A stretch of 64,000 nucleotides of DNA from Candidatus Sulfopaludibacter sp. (lineage in GTDB: Bacteria; Acidobacteriota; Terriglobia; Bryobacterales; Bryobacteraceae), in NCBI GenBank assembly GCA_035551455.1, contig DASZMZ010000066.1, positions 868-64,867 on the forward strand, in the 5' to 3' direction. Position numbers and translations under genes: made by a program. The notes beneath the pieces were generated by a model. That model did not search any database. It saw only the letters and a program-made list of their open reading frames with translations, and was not told where the DNA came from. Shown here piece after piece: positions 40,084 through 50,158 of the stretch (the first letter of the stretch is position 1; each line of letters opens with the position of its first letter).

Positions 40084-41025
40084 ATGAGGCGAGTCCGCGC
40101 TGCGTTACTTCTCTGCTTTACCGCAATGGCAGCCCTGGCGTTGTTTGTTTCCCGCTCCGACGCCAATCCGGAGACCATCCGTCTGGTCGCGCCCGGCATC
40201 TGGTTCCGCGAAGGCGACATGGAGCAGGGCCACTCCAACAACGTCATCATCGAAATGAAGGACTACATGATTGTGGTGGACGCCAATTACCCCAGCGGCG
40301 CCCGCGCGGCCATGGAAGACGTCAAACGAGTCTCCAAAAAGCCCGTCAAGTATGTCTTCGACACTCATCATCACGGCGATCACCTTTATGGGAATGCGCT
40401 GTGGACGCAGGCTGGAGCCACCACGCTCGCCTTCAAAGAAGTGGGCGAAGAGATGAAGAAATTCGAGCCGGCACGCTGGCTGGCCGAAGCCAAAACGCGG
40501 CCCGACGTCGCAGCCCTCAAGCGCGACGCTCCCGAACCTCCCCAACAGGACATCAATGAGTCCCTGCACGTGGTCAACGATGGCTCACGACGCGTGGAGT
40601 TCCGCTACTTCGGCTGGGCCCACACGCGCGGCGATGGCTTCGTCTACCTGCCCAAGGAGCAGGTGCTGTGCACGGGCGACGCCGTGGTCAACGGCCCCTA
40701 CAACAACACCGCCGACGCCCATATCGGCAACTGGCCCACCGTGCTCCATGCCATCGAGAAGCTGAAGGTCAAGTTCGTGCTGCCGGGACACGGGGTCTTC
40801 GGAGGCCGCGAACTCATTACCGGACAGGGCCAGTTCTTCACCGAATTGCACAAGGCGGTGCAGGACGGCATTTCGCAAGGTAAGAAGGTGGAGGAACTGC
40901 AGGCCTCCATCAAACTCTCCGGCGCCGTAGACGAGTGGGTGAGCGAGGAATTGCTCAAGCGCCAGATAAAAGACACCTTCGCCGAGATTACCGCCGGAAA
41001 ACCACGAGGAGAATTGGGACAATAG
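40084..41025 (+). CDS. exported MBL-fold metallo-hydrolase
   Basis: Signal peptide followed by the THHHGDH zinc motif and later GH/H ligands. ATG 40084 is preferred over GTG 40078 because of Shine-Dalgarno spacing. Confidence 0.85.
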   Translation: MRRVRAALLLCFTAMAALALFVSRSDANPETIRLVAPGIWFREGDMEQGHSNNVIIEMKDYMIVVDANYPSGARAAMEDVKRVSKKPVKYVFDTHHHGDHLYGNALWTQAGATTLAFKEVGEEMKKFEPARWLAEAKTRPDVAALKRDAPEPPQQDINESLHVVNDGSRRVEFRYFGWAHTRGDGFVYLPKEQVLCTGDAVVNGPYNNTADAHIGNWPTVLHAIEKLKVKFVLPGHGVFGGRELITGQGQFFTELHKAVQDGISQGKKVEELQASIKLSGAVDEWVSEELLKRQIKDTFAEITAGKPRGELGQ

Positions 41026-41029
41026 AGGC

Positions 41030-42436
41030 GTGCGCCGCCGGCCGACTTACATTCTGTTATCCCTGGTTATCCTGATTCCGTGCTTCTGGCATGAGCGCAT
41101 TCAGGCCGGAGACCTGGGAAGCCACCTCTACAACGCGTGGCTGGCGCAGTTGGTGGACGCGGGCCGCGCGCCCGGCCTGATCGCCGTTTCGCAGCACACC
41201 AACGTATTGTTCGACTACCTGTTGAAGTGGCTGCTGAACGCGTTCGGCGCCAATATCGCCCAGCATGTGGCCGTCCCTCTGGCCGTCCTGGTATTCGTCT
41301 GGGGCGCCTTCGCCTTCGTCTCCCGCATCAGCCAGCGGCAGCCGTGGCATCTGCTCCCCGTGATCGCTATGCTGGCTTACGGCTGGGTCTTCCGCATGGG
41401 CCTGTTCAACTTCTACATCAGTCTGGGACTCTGCTTCTGGTTGATGTGGCTGGTCTGGGATGAACAGCCGCGCCATCTTGCAATGGCGATTCCCATCGCG
41501 GCGCTGGCTTTCATCGCGCACGGCCTGCCCGTGATGTGGACCCTCGCGCTACTGGCCTATCGCTGGATCTCCGCGCGCCTGAATCCACGGCAGCGCATCG
41601 GAATGCTGGCAGCGGGACTCGCCGCCATCGTCGTCGCGCGCGTCGTGCTCCAGAGTATGTGGAAGACCCTCTGGTTTTCCACCCAGTTCACGGCGCTGGT
41701 GGCCATCGATCAGCTCTGGACGTACGACGGCAAATACGTGCTGGCGGCCGTGGGACTGCTCGTCTGCTGGGGCCTGCTGCTGGCCGGGTGGATCCGCGCC
41801 AAAGGTCCCCTGGCCGTGCTTTCCGGAATTCCCTTTCAGATCTGCGCGCTGACCGCCGTGGGCATTGTGGTGATTCCCGATTGGATTCGGATACCGGGGT
41901 ACAACCACGCCCTGGTCTTTCTGGCGGAGCGCATGTCACTGGCCCTCGGCGTCTGCATCTGCGCGCTGACGGGCGCGGCGGCGGTCCGCAAACCGGTCCG
42001 AGTCGCGCTTCCCGTGATCGCGCTGATGTTCTTCGCCTTCTCCTATAAAGACGAGGGCGCGTTGAACGAACTCGAAGGCCGCATGGAGACGCTGGTGGCG
42101 CGCCTGCCGGCCGGTCAGCGCGTGGTGACCGGCGTGATGGATCTGAGCGTGGCCACCAATCCCACCACCCACATGATCGACCGTATCTGCCTGGGCCGCT
42201 GCTATAGCTACGGCAACTACGAGCCGTCCAGCGGTCAGTTCCGCATTCGGGTAGCCGGCGTTTCTCCGCTGGTAGTGTCCCGCGATGCCGACGCGAACGG
42301 CCTGCAAAACGGGACGTACGTGGTGCAGGCTCGCGATCTGCCGCTCTACGAAGTGGTCGCCGACCCCAACGGCAGGCTCGGCATTCGCGAACTGCAGGCC
42401 GGCCAGCACAGTGACATCACACCGTGGAATTGGTAG
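41030..42436 (+). CDS. hypothetical polytopic membrane protein with a soluble C-terminal domain
   Basis: 468 aa with a GTG start 4 nt after the MBL gene stop. About 10 hydrophobic helices are followed by a roughly 130-aa hydrophilic tail. Confidence 0.65.
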   Translation: MRRRPTYILLSLVILIPCFWHERIQAGDLGSHLYNAWLAQLVDAGRAPGLIAVSQHTNVLFDYLLKWLLNAFGANIAQHVAVPLAVLVFVWGAFAFVSRISQRQPWHLLPVIAMLAYGWVFRMGLFNFYISLGLCFWLMWLVWDEQPRHLAMAIPIAALAFIAHGLPVMWTLALLAYRWISARLNPRQRIGMLAAGLAAIVVARVVLQSMWKTLWFSTQFTALVAIDQLWTYDGKYVLAAVGLLVCWGLLLAGWIRAKGPLAVLSGIPFQICALTAVGIVVIPDWIRIPGYNHALVFLAERMSLALGVCICALTGAAAVRKPVRVALPVIALMFFAFSYKDEGALNELEGRMETLVARLPAGQRVVTGVMDLSVATNPTTHMIDRICLGRCYSYGNYEPSSGQFRIRVAGVSPLVVSRDADANGLQNGTYVVQARDLPLYEVVADPNGRLGIRELQAGQHSDITPWNW

Positions 42437-42442
42437 CGGTGC

Positions 42443-45400
42443 TTAGCGCGTCCGCACCGGCACAGTCACGGCCGGGATCGGCCTCCACGGCACCGCGTCA
42501 CCCATCGAAGTATAAATCGCCGACATCTCGGTGAGCAGGCGATTGAACGTGTTCACCGCCGTGGCAGCATCCTCCCAGGCCCAATCCAACTCGCGCGATT
42601 GAGCCGCGGTCGGCAGTCCTGGATAGCTATCCATCGCACTCTCCAGACGCGACGCCGATTGCACCGTTCGCGAGATCTCGCCCTGCACGCGAGTGAGTTC
42701 AGTCGAGACCTTCTCCAGAGTCTCGCTCAGGCTCTTGCCTTTGTCCCCCATGGATGTCAGATACAGACGCATGGGCGGAATCTGCTCGAAGAGAGCCTGC
42801 GCAGCGTTGCGGCCCGCGCCAAGCTGCTCCTGCGCCGCATACGCGCTCATCACGGCGGCGTGGTGCGCCACCCGATCGGCCTCGCTGATTTTGAAGTGAG
42901 GATCCGCGACCACGGTGACCTCCCGCGCCATCGACGCGCCCCCCTGCGGAGTCACCGTTGCCACATACTTGCCGGGCAGGACCAGGGGACCCGATCCGCC
43001 GCCGCGTCCGCCGCCGCCCGTACCGGTGCAACTGGAAGCCGTCGGCCCCGTCGATAACGCCGGCGCCTGCTTCAGGTCCCAACAGACGCGATTCATGCCC
43101 GCCGCGCCGGAGCCGTGCAGGGTGCGAATCGTATTTCCCGAACTATCGGCAACGGTGATCGCCACACTGGCCGCAGGCTGCGGCAGGTAGTAATCCAGAA
43201 CGGCGCCCATGGGTGGATTCGGCGCAAAGAATTCGCCCGCGCCGAACCAGAACTGGCCGCCGAAAATATTCTCGTGATGGACGGGAGGCACGGTGAAAAT
43301 TCCGCCGCTGCTCAGCACCTGCGGCGTCAATTCCGCCAGCGCCGCGGCATCGTCCAGGAGCCAGATACTGCGACCGTGCGTGCCCAACACCAGGGCATGG
43401 TCGCGCTCTTGAAACACCAGATCGTAGACCGGAACCGGCGGCAGTTCGCCGCCTAGAACCAGCCAGTGCGCGCCCCGATCCAAGCTGACATAAGCGCCCA
43501 TCTCCGTCCCCGCCACCAGTAGATTGGCATTCGACGGGTATTCGCGAAGGCGATGTACGGAGGTCTGCGGCAGACCTTCGGCAATCGGCTTCCACGAGCG
43601 GCCGTAGTCCTCGCTGACGAACACGTAGGGATGGTAATCGTCGTTGAAGTGGCCGTCCACCGTGAGATACACGCGGCCCGCGGCGAACTTCGACGGCGCA
43701 ATGCCGCTGATATTCAACATGGGCGGCAGTCCGCGCACACTCAACGCGGTCCAATGCGCGCCGCCGTCGCGCGTCACGTGCAGGCTGCCGTCGTCGGCGC
43801 CCGTGTAGAGCAGATTGCGATCCAGCGGCGATTCGGCCACCACCGTCAGCGCGCTGAAATTCGATTGGCCATCGTGGCGCGAAAGCGCATTCGATGGAAC
43901 CGGCCCGCCCATCATGGAGAGCTTGTCGCGATCCACGTCGGCCGTGAGATCGCCGCTGATCGTCTGCCACGTCACGCCGCGATCGGGCGACCGGAACAGC
44001 ATGTTGGCGCCCGTGTAGATCACATCGGGATTGAACGACGACACGATCAGCGGCGTGGTCCAATACCAGCGATAGGGCGGCTTGCCGCGCTCGGCCGGAG
44101 GCACCGGACCGACGTTCTGCGACTCCATATTTTCCAGGTCCAGCCGCGCCGTGTAACCGTTCTGCGAACTGGTGAGCACGGTGTGATCGTCGCCCTCGAA
44201 CACTGCCTGCATACCGTCGCCGCCGCCGATATTGAACGCGTCCTTAAACGAAACGCCGTAGCTGATGCGCGATGCACTGGGCGTGCACCAGTTGCCGTTA
44301 TCCTGCAGCCCGCCGCACACCAGATAGGGCTGCTGATTGTTGACCGCGATGTTGTAGAACTGGCCGATCGGCAGATTGAGGCGGAACAGCCAGGTGAGGC
44401 CGCGATCGTAGGAAATGGAGATGCCGCCATCGCCGCCGATCACCAGTTGATTGGTGTTTTCCGGATTGACCCAGAGCGTATGATCCTCGCCATGCACGCT
44501 GCTGAAGACCTCGCGGAAGCTCTTGCCGGAATCGTTCGAGACGAAGAAGCCGCGGTTCGACCCCATGATGTAGACGCGGCCGGAATCCTTCGGGTCCACA
44601 TAAATGCGGCTGTAATAACTGGGACGCGGATTGACACCGCTCATGTGTTCCCAGGTGTCGCCCTTGTTCGTCGTGCGGAAGATGCCGCCCGCCTGCGTGA
44701 CCGCTCCCATCGCCGCCGCGCCTCTGCCTCCGCGCCCGCCGGCCCCCTGCGGGTCGGCCTCCACGATGGCGTATACAATGCGCGGGTCGCCGGGGAAGAT
44801 GCAGAGCCCGATGCGGCCCTTTTCGGCCTGAGGCAGTCCGCCGTGCAGTTCGGTCCAGTGCGCGCCGCCGTCGGTGGTGCGGTAGAGTCCGCTACCGGGG
44901 CCGCCGCCGTTGAAGCCCCAGCCTTTCCTCTGCCTCTGATAGAGCGCCGCGTACACCGTGTTGGGATCGCTCGGGTCCATCGCCAGATCGATCGCGCCGG
45001 TGTTTTCGTCCTTGTATAAAACTCTGGACCACGTCTTGCCGCCGTCGCTGGTCTTGTAGACGCCGCGCTCGCTGTTCGGTCCCCAAAGATGGCCCGCGGC
45101 GGCAACGTACACCGTGTTCGGGTCGGTGGGATGAATGACGATCCTGCCGATGTGGCGGCTGTCTTCCAGTCCCATCTTCTTCCAGGTGACGCCCGCGTCG
45201 ACCGATTGATACACGCCATCGCCCCACGAAGAACTCTGCCGGTTGTCAGCCTCGCCCGTGCCGGCCCACACGATCGAAGGATTGGACGCGGACACCGCGA
45301 TCGCACCCATCGACATCATTCCGCCGGCATGATCGAAGACCGGCGACCACGAGACGCCCTCATTACCGCTCTTGAAAATCCCGCCGGACGTGGTGGCGAC

Positions 45401-45583
45401 GTAGATCGATAGAGGCTCGCCGGGATGCTTCCCCACCGCGATATCGGCGATCCGGCCCCCGGTGGCGGCCGGCCCGATGCTTCGCCACTGCAGTCCGTTC
45501 AACAGTACCGGTGAGACGGATTGAGCGGCGGCAACCAGCGCCAACGCCAGACTGACCGGCGCAAGCCGGATGATGCCACGCAT
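42443..45583 (-). CDS. exported BNR/Asp-box (sortilin/VPS10-like) multi-propeller protein
   Basis: GGGAGG upstream of the ATG at 45583 and signal peptide MRGIIRLAPVSLALALVAAAQ. Many S-x-D-x-G-x-T-W Asp-box repeats (SGNEGVSWS, SVDAGVTWK, TSDGGKTWS, TTDGGAHWT ...). Confidence 0.85.
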   Translation of the reverse strand: MRGIIRLAPVSLALALVAAAQSVSPVLLNGLQWRSIGPAATGGRIADIAVGKHPGEPLSIYVATTSGGIFKSGNEGVSWSPVFDHAGGMMSMGAIAVSASNPSIVWAGTGEADNRQSSSWGDGVYQSVDAGVTWKKMGLEDSRHIGRIVIHPTDPNTVYVAAAGHLWGPNSERGVYKTSDGGKTWSRVLYKDENTGAIDLAMDPSDPNTVYAALYQRQRKGWGFNGGGPGSGLYRTTDGGAHWTELHGGLPQAEKGRIGLCIFPGDPRIVYAIVEADPQGAGGRGGRGAAAMGAVTQAGGIFRTTNKGDTWEHMSGVNPRPSYYSRIYVDPKDSGRVYIMGSNRGFFVSNDSGKSFREVFSSVHGEDHTLWVNPENTNQLVIGGDGGISISYDRGLTWLFRLNLPIGQFYNIAVNNQQPYLVCGGLQDNGNWCTPSASRISYGVSFKDAFNIGGGDGMQAVFEGDDHTVLTSSQNGYTARLDLENMESQNVGPVPPAERGKPPYRWYWTTPLIVSSFNPDVIYTGANMLFRSPDRGVTWQTISGDLTADVDRDKLSMMGGPVPSNALSRHDGQSNFSALTVVAESPLDRNLLYTGADDGSLHVTRDGGAHWTALSVRGLPPMLNISGIAPSKFAAGRVYLTVDGHFNDDYHPYVFVSEDYGRSWKPIAEGLPQTSVHRLREYPSNANLLVAGTEMGAYVSLDRGAHWLVLGGELPPVPVYDLVFQERDHALVLGTHGRSIWLLDDAAALAELTPQVLSSGGIFTVPPVHHENIFGGQFWFGAGEFFAPNPPMGAVLDYYLPQPAASVAITVADSSGNTIRTLHGSGAAGMNRVCWDLKQAPALSTGPTASSCTGTGGGGRGGGSGPLVLPGKYVATVTPQGGASMAREVTVVADPHFKISEADRVAHHAAVMSAYAAQEQLGAGRNAAQALFEQIPPMRLYLTSMGDKGKSLSETLEKVSTELTRVQGEISRTVQSASRLESAMDSYPGLPTAAQSRELDWAWEDAATAVNTFNRLLTEMSAIYTSMGDAVPWRPIPAVTVPVRTR

Positions 45584-45629
45584 GAAGAACCTCCCTGGGT
45601 CGAAACTCCTATGATAAAACGAGAGACGG

Positions 45630-46265
45630 ATGATCAGCCCGGAAGATCTTGAAGCATTGGACCAGGCCTTCGCCGCGGTTCGCGAATTCGGCGGCGAAGT
45701 GCGCACCTCGCAAGCCGGCGAGTCCTGGTATTGCGAGATGCTGGCGGGGCTGTTGGAATCGGCCGCGGACCAGTATAGCCACATGAGATTGGGACTGCGC
45801 CATTCCACCGGCATGCTGGCCTGGGCCTGCCGCAATCTTCTGGAGCTGAACATCTACACGCAGTATGTGCTGCAATCGGAAGCCAACGCGCGCCGCTTTG
45901 CGACTAATCGAGTGGCCGACGGCATCGATACCTTCGACGCTTTCAAAAGCTGGCTGGCGCGCAACGACGCGTCCCTGGTGCCCGTGGAAGTAGACGCGAC
46001 ACTGGAGGATCTGGCCGTGCTCCGCTCACAGGAAGACGAACCGCCGCAGCGACTGTACTCGCTGAAATACCTCTCGGCGGAAGTCGGACTGGCCGACGAG
46101 TACGCCTACATGACGAAGATCTGCGGCAAACTTTCCCAGCCGGGCGTCTTCGCGGTGACCGCGGACGAAGCGCAATTGCAGGTCTTTCAGCCAGCCCTGT
46201 TCCGCGCCGGCGCCGGCCACGGCATGGAGATGTATCAGGCTGTAAAGACTCGTATCGAAGCATGA
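45630..46265 (+). CDS. hypothetical cytoplasmic protein
   Basis: 211 aa with no signal peptide and helical composition. No family recognised with confidence. Confidence 0.55.
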   Translation: MISPEDLEALDQAFAAVREFGGEVRTSQAGESWYCEMLAGLLESAADQYSHMRLGLRHSTGMLAWACRNLLELNIYTQYVLQSEANARRFATNRVADGIDTFDAFKSWLARNDASLVPVEVDATLEDLAVLRSQEDEPPQRLYSLKYLSAEVGLADEYAYMTKICGKLSQPGVFAVTADEAQLQVFQPALFRAGAGHGMEMYQAVKTRIEA

Positions 46266-46376
46266 CGAACCTTTACGTGAAGGTCCGTTCATGATGCATA
46301 ACCTTGGGCCTGCGAGAAGCGTTTCTATATACGAGAGCGAAAGAAAAAAAGGGCTCTCAGAGAGAAGGATACGACG

Positions 46377-46577
46377 ATGAAACGCATTCAGTTTTTCGCA
46401 CTGGCAGCGCTGGCCCTGGGGATTGCAGGTCCGGCCACTCTTTCCGCGCGGGACTTGCGGGACGTTCGTCATGACGATGCCCGCGTCTACAGCACGCGTG
46501 ATCGCTGCGAACGCAACCAACGCGCCGCGCAGTGGCAGCGCAGCGACGTCCGCCGCGACGTCCGCGACTACCGGTAA
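46377..46577 (+). CDS. small exported Arg/Asp-repeat protein
   Basis: 66 aa with signal peptide MKRIQFFALAALALGIAGPATLSA and a mature part made of R-D-x-R repeats (RDLRDVRHD ... RSDVRRDVRDYR). An AGAAGGA motif lies upstream. Confidence 0.45.
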   Translation: MKRIQFFALAALALGIAGPATLSARDLRDVRHDDARVYSTRDRCERNQRAAQWQRSDVRRDVRDYR

Positions 46578-46597
46578 CAGCGCAACAGACCCGGGCT

Positions 46598-46621
46598 GGT
46601 GACGGGGGACTCCCCGTCACC
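46598..46621. terminator. perfect 10-bp GC hairpin between convergent genes
   Basis: GGTGACGGGG, GACT loop, CCCCGTCACC. No T-tract on either side, so it is not a canonical intrinsic terminator. Confidence 0.4.
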
Positions 46622-46677
46622 ACCTCAGGAGTTATCGCAGGTCTGAATTCTGCGCCAGACTTCGACAGAGACCGGCG

Positions 46678-47577
46678 TTACCGGGGAGTCTTCGGGGCCC
46701 CCGCCACCATTTGATAGAGCTTCCTGAATTCGGCATCGGTCAAATGGAACGAAAGGTTCAACTGATTGCCTTGCGGATCCACCACCAGACTTTGGGCCGA
46801 TTCCGGCGCGAGTTGCTTGGTCTGCGCCGATATTAGATTCATCATCAGCTTCAGCGTATTGCCTAGCAGTTGAGCCGTCTCGGCGGTGTCGGCCTGCGCC
46901 AGGGCGCTCACCGTGGCCACTTTGCCGAATTTCACTCCAGCCGAAAGACGCTGCACGTTCTGCAGAACATTCTGCGCGCTTCCCGCGGACTTCGCCGGCA
47001 TCAGGTTGGAAGCGGGAACGGTGGACAGGAGCCAGGCGTCTTCAGCGGCACTCAACTGAGCGATGCGCGCCGATAGCGGCGCAGGCATGCTCCACGGCGC
47101 CGGCGCGCGATCGATGGCCGCCTTCACTCCCGCCATATCGCCGGTGATCAGGATATTGGCATTCAGGAAGGCCAGACCCAGCGCGCTCTTCGCATCGGTG
47201 ATGATCGTGACCGTCTTATAAGTTTCGGTGACCGCTCCGTGGTCCACTGCTTTGGCGATCACGTCGGACGGGTGAAAGCTGCCCCGGGCAAGCGCGATTC
47301 CGGTGTCGTACTTGGGCGCCGAGTTGGAGGCCACCAGAAACTCGCGCACGCTGCGCGGATCCACGCCGAAATCCTTCGAAGCCTGCTGAAACTGCTGGTT
47401 CCGCTCCATCACCAGACCCAATACGTAGCGGCCGAGCGGCGAACCGGCAGCACCGCGCACATTCACTCCGGCCAGCACCTTCACATCGGGCATCACCAGA
47501 TTGAGTAGCCGCTTGTCGGCGGCGGAAGCGGTCGCCGCAAGCAGTACCAGCGTGGCGATGGGTCGAGTGCAGGTCAT
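46678..47577 (-). CDS. hypothetical exported protein
   Basis: 299 aa with signal peptide MTCTRPIATLVLLAATASAA. No recognisable motif. Confidence 0.6.
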   Translation of the reverse strand: MTCTRPIATLVLLAATASAADKRLLNLVMPDVKVLAGVNVRGAAGSPLGRYVLGLVMERNQQFQQASKDFGVDPRSVREFLVASNSAPKYDTGIALARGSFHPSDVIAKAVDHGAVTETYKTVTIITDAKSALGLAFLNANILITGDMAGVKAAIDRAPAPWSMPAPLSARIAQLSAAEDAWLLSTVPASNLMPAKSAGSAQNVLQNVQRLSAGVKFGKVATVSALAQADTAETAQLLGNTLKLMMNLISAQTKQLAPESAQSLVVDPQGNQLNLSFHLTDAEFRKLYQMVAGAPKTPR

Positions 47578-47665
47578 ATGAGTACAGACGAAATGGTTGC
47601 CTTCAGATTAGCACTTGGGGGTTGCGCCGCCACCTATCGGCGGCTCGCGCGTCCTATTATGAATC

Positions 47666-50139
47666 ATGGATGCCGTCTGGCGGGATGTGAAGTATGGGTT
47701 CCGGACATTGCTCCGCAGCCCGGGATTTACAAGTGTCGCGGTAGTCTCACTCGCGTTGGGCATCGGCGCCAACACGGCGATCTTTACTTTGACCAACGCG
47801 GTGTTCCTCAATCCGTTGCCGGTGCGCGATTCCAGCCGCGTGATCGAGGTGTACACGGTGGATCACGCCACTCAGACCACCACCGCGAACCTGGTGCGGA
47901 CGCAAGTCTCCTACCTGAACTTCAAGGATCTGCGGGACCAGAACGACGTCTTCTCCAGCCTCGCGGCGTTTATGCCGACCGCCGTCATCGTGACCGGCCA
48001 GGGCGAGCCGAAACAGGAGGGCGCGCTGCTGGTGACGGCCAACTATTTCGACACGCTGGGCGTGAAGCCCCTGCTGGGCCGCACGTTCGCGCCGGACGAG
48101 GATCGCAGCGATGGCGGCAACACCGTGACCGTGCTCACCTACGCGCTGTGGATGCGGCGATTTGGCGGCGACCCGGGCGCGGTGGGCGCCACCCTGGAAC
48201 TGAACGGCATCCCGTATACAGTGATCGGGGTCACGCCGAAAAATTTCAAAGGCACGTTCACGGTGGGCAGACCCGACTTTGCGTTTCTACCGGTCAGCAT
48301 GCACGGGCAGGCGCTGGCGGGTCCTGTGGAAGCGCTGTTTAATGAGCGCCGCATGCGGACGATGAATGTATTCGGGCGGCTCAAACCTGGCGTGCAACAA
48401 TCGCAGGCCGAAGCCGAATTCAAAACCCTGGCGAGCGCTCTGGAGCGCGAATATCCGAAGGCGAACAACGGGCGGAGCTTCGAGATGTCTTCGCTCACCG
48501 ATGCAGCGCTGGGTTTTCTGCCCCGCGATCAGACCATGGTGGCGGGCCTAGCGTTGAGCGCGGTGGTGGGGCTGGTGCTCTGATCGCCTGCGTGAACGTG
48601 GCGAATCTGCAACTGGCGCGGAGCGCGCGGCGGGCGCGGGAAATGGGGATTCGCACGGCGCTCGGCGCGGACCGGGCGCGGCTTGTGCGCCAGCTGCTCA
48701 CCGAGAGTCTGCTGGTATCGGCCGCGGGCGGCATCTGCGGACTGGCAGTGGGCGTGGCGGGGTCGCAACTGCTCTGGTCGTTCCGCCCGACATTTTTGAA
48801 CGCGAGCAGCGTGTCAATCGGGCTGGACTGGCGGGTATTCGCTTTCACGGCGGCGGTGACGGTGCTGACGGGAGCGCTCTTCGGCCTGGCTCCGGCCTTT
48901 CGCGCGTCCCTGACGAGCGTGGCGGAAGTGCTGAAAAGCGGAGGACGCGGCGGCACGGAAGGGCAGGCCGGCAATCGACTGCGAAGCCTTTTGGTGACTA
49001 CCGAGGTGGCGCTCGCGCTGGTCGCGCTTTCGGGCGCGGGACTGTTGATCCGCAGCATGCAGGAAATGCAGAAGATCAATCCCGGCTTTGAGACGCACAA
49101 CCTGTTCTCGGTGGATTTCGATATCGGGCCGCGACACTTCGCGCCGGAGCGCGGGCTCCAGTTCATGCGCGGCGTGATGGAGCAGGCGGCGAGCGTGCCG
49201 GGGGTCCACTCGGTGGCGCTGGCCACAAACGAACCGCTGGGCGGAGGCCTGCTGGGGACCTTGAGCGCCGAGGGTCAGGATGCCGATCCGAATCAGCGCG
49301 GCACTTTGACGCTGCTGAATGTGGTTTCGCCGAGCTACTTCGAGACAGAGGGGATTGCGGTGATCCGGGGGCGCGGTTTCACCGAGTTCGACCGGGCGGG
49401 AACAACGCCTGTAGCGGTGATCACCGAGGCGATGGCGCGCCATTTCTGGCCGGGGCAGGAGGCGATCGGAAAGCGCTTTAAGGAAGCAATTGGCAATGAA
49501 TACCGGCAGGTGGTGGGGATTTGCGCGAATTCGGCGACGGTGCAGCTTGGCGAGGAGCCGCAGCCGCAGGCCTATTACCCGCTGAATCAGCGATACAGTC
49601 CGGCAATCGTGCTGCATGTGCGCACGGACCGCGACCCGGATGCGGTCATGCCGGCGCTGATCCGCAGAGTGCAGCAACAGAATGCGGACCTGGCGCTACT
49701 GAGTCCGCAGACCATTCAGTACGTGCTGGCGCAGGGCCTCTGGGCGCCCCGCATGGGAGCAGCGCTGTTCGGCATTTTCGGATTGCTGGGGATGGTGCTG
49801 GCTTCGGTGGGAATCTATGGCGTGATGGCGTATACGGTGACCCAGCGGGCCAACGAAATCGGGCTGCGGATGGCGTTGGGCGCCACGCCGGGCAGCGTGC
49901 TGCGCCTGGTGGTGGATCAGGGGATGCGGCTGACGGCGGCCGGAATTGTGGTGGGTCTGGGCGCGGGACTAGTAGTCACGCGGCTCATGGGCAGCATGCT
50001 ATTTCATGTGCCGACTTACGACCCGGTGACCTTCGGCGCGGTCACGGCAATTGTGGCGTCGGTAGCTCTGCTGGCCGATTGGCTGCCCGCGCGCCGGGCG
50101 GCGCATATCGATCCCATGCGCGCCCTGCGTCAGGAGTGA
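47666..50139 (+). pseudogene. ADOP-family (TIGR03434) duplicated MacB/FtsX-type permease, interrupted by a 1-nt frameshift
   Basis: ORF 47666-48583 carries the ADOP N-terminus (WRDVKYGFRTLLRSPGFTSVAVVSLALGIGANTAIF) and stops at ...VVGLVL*. The +2 frame continues immediately with LIACVNVANLQLARSARRAREMGIRTALGA (ORF to 50139). The junction ctggtgctc-tgatcgcc looks like a missing base near 48581. Confidence 0.8.
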
Positions 50140-50158
50140 GTGGCCTCACTGGGAGAAA

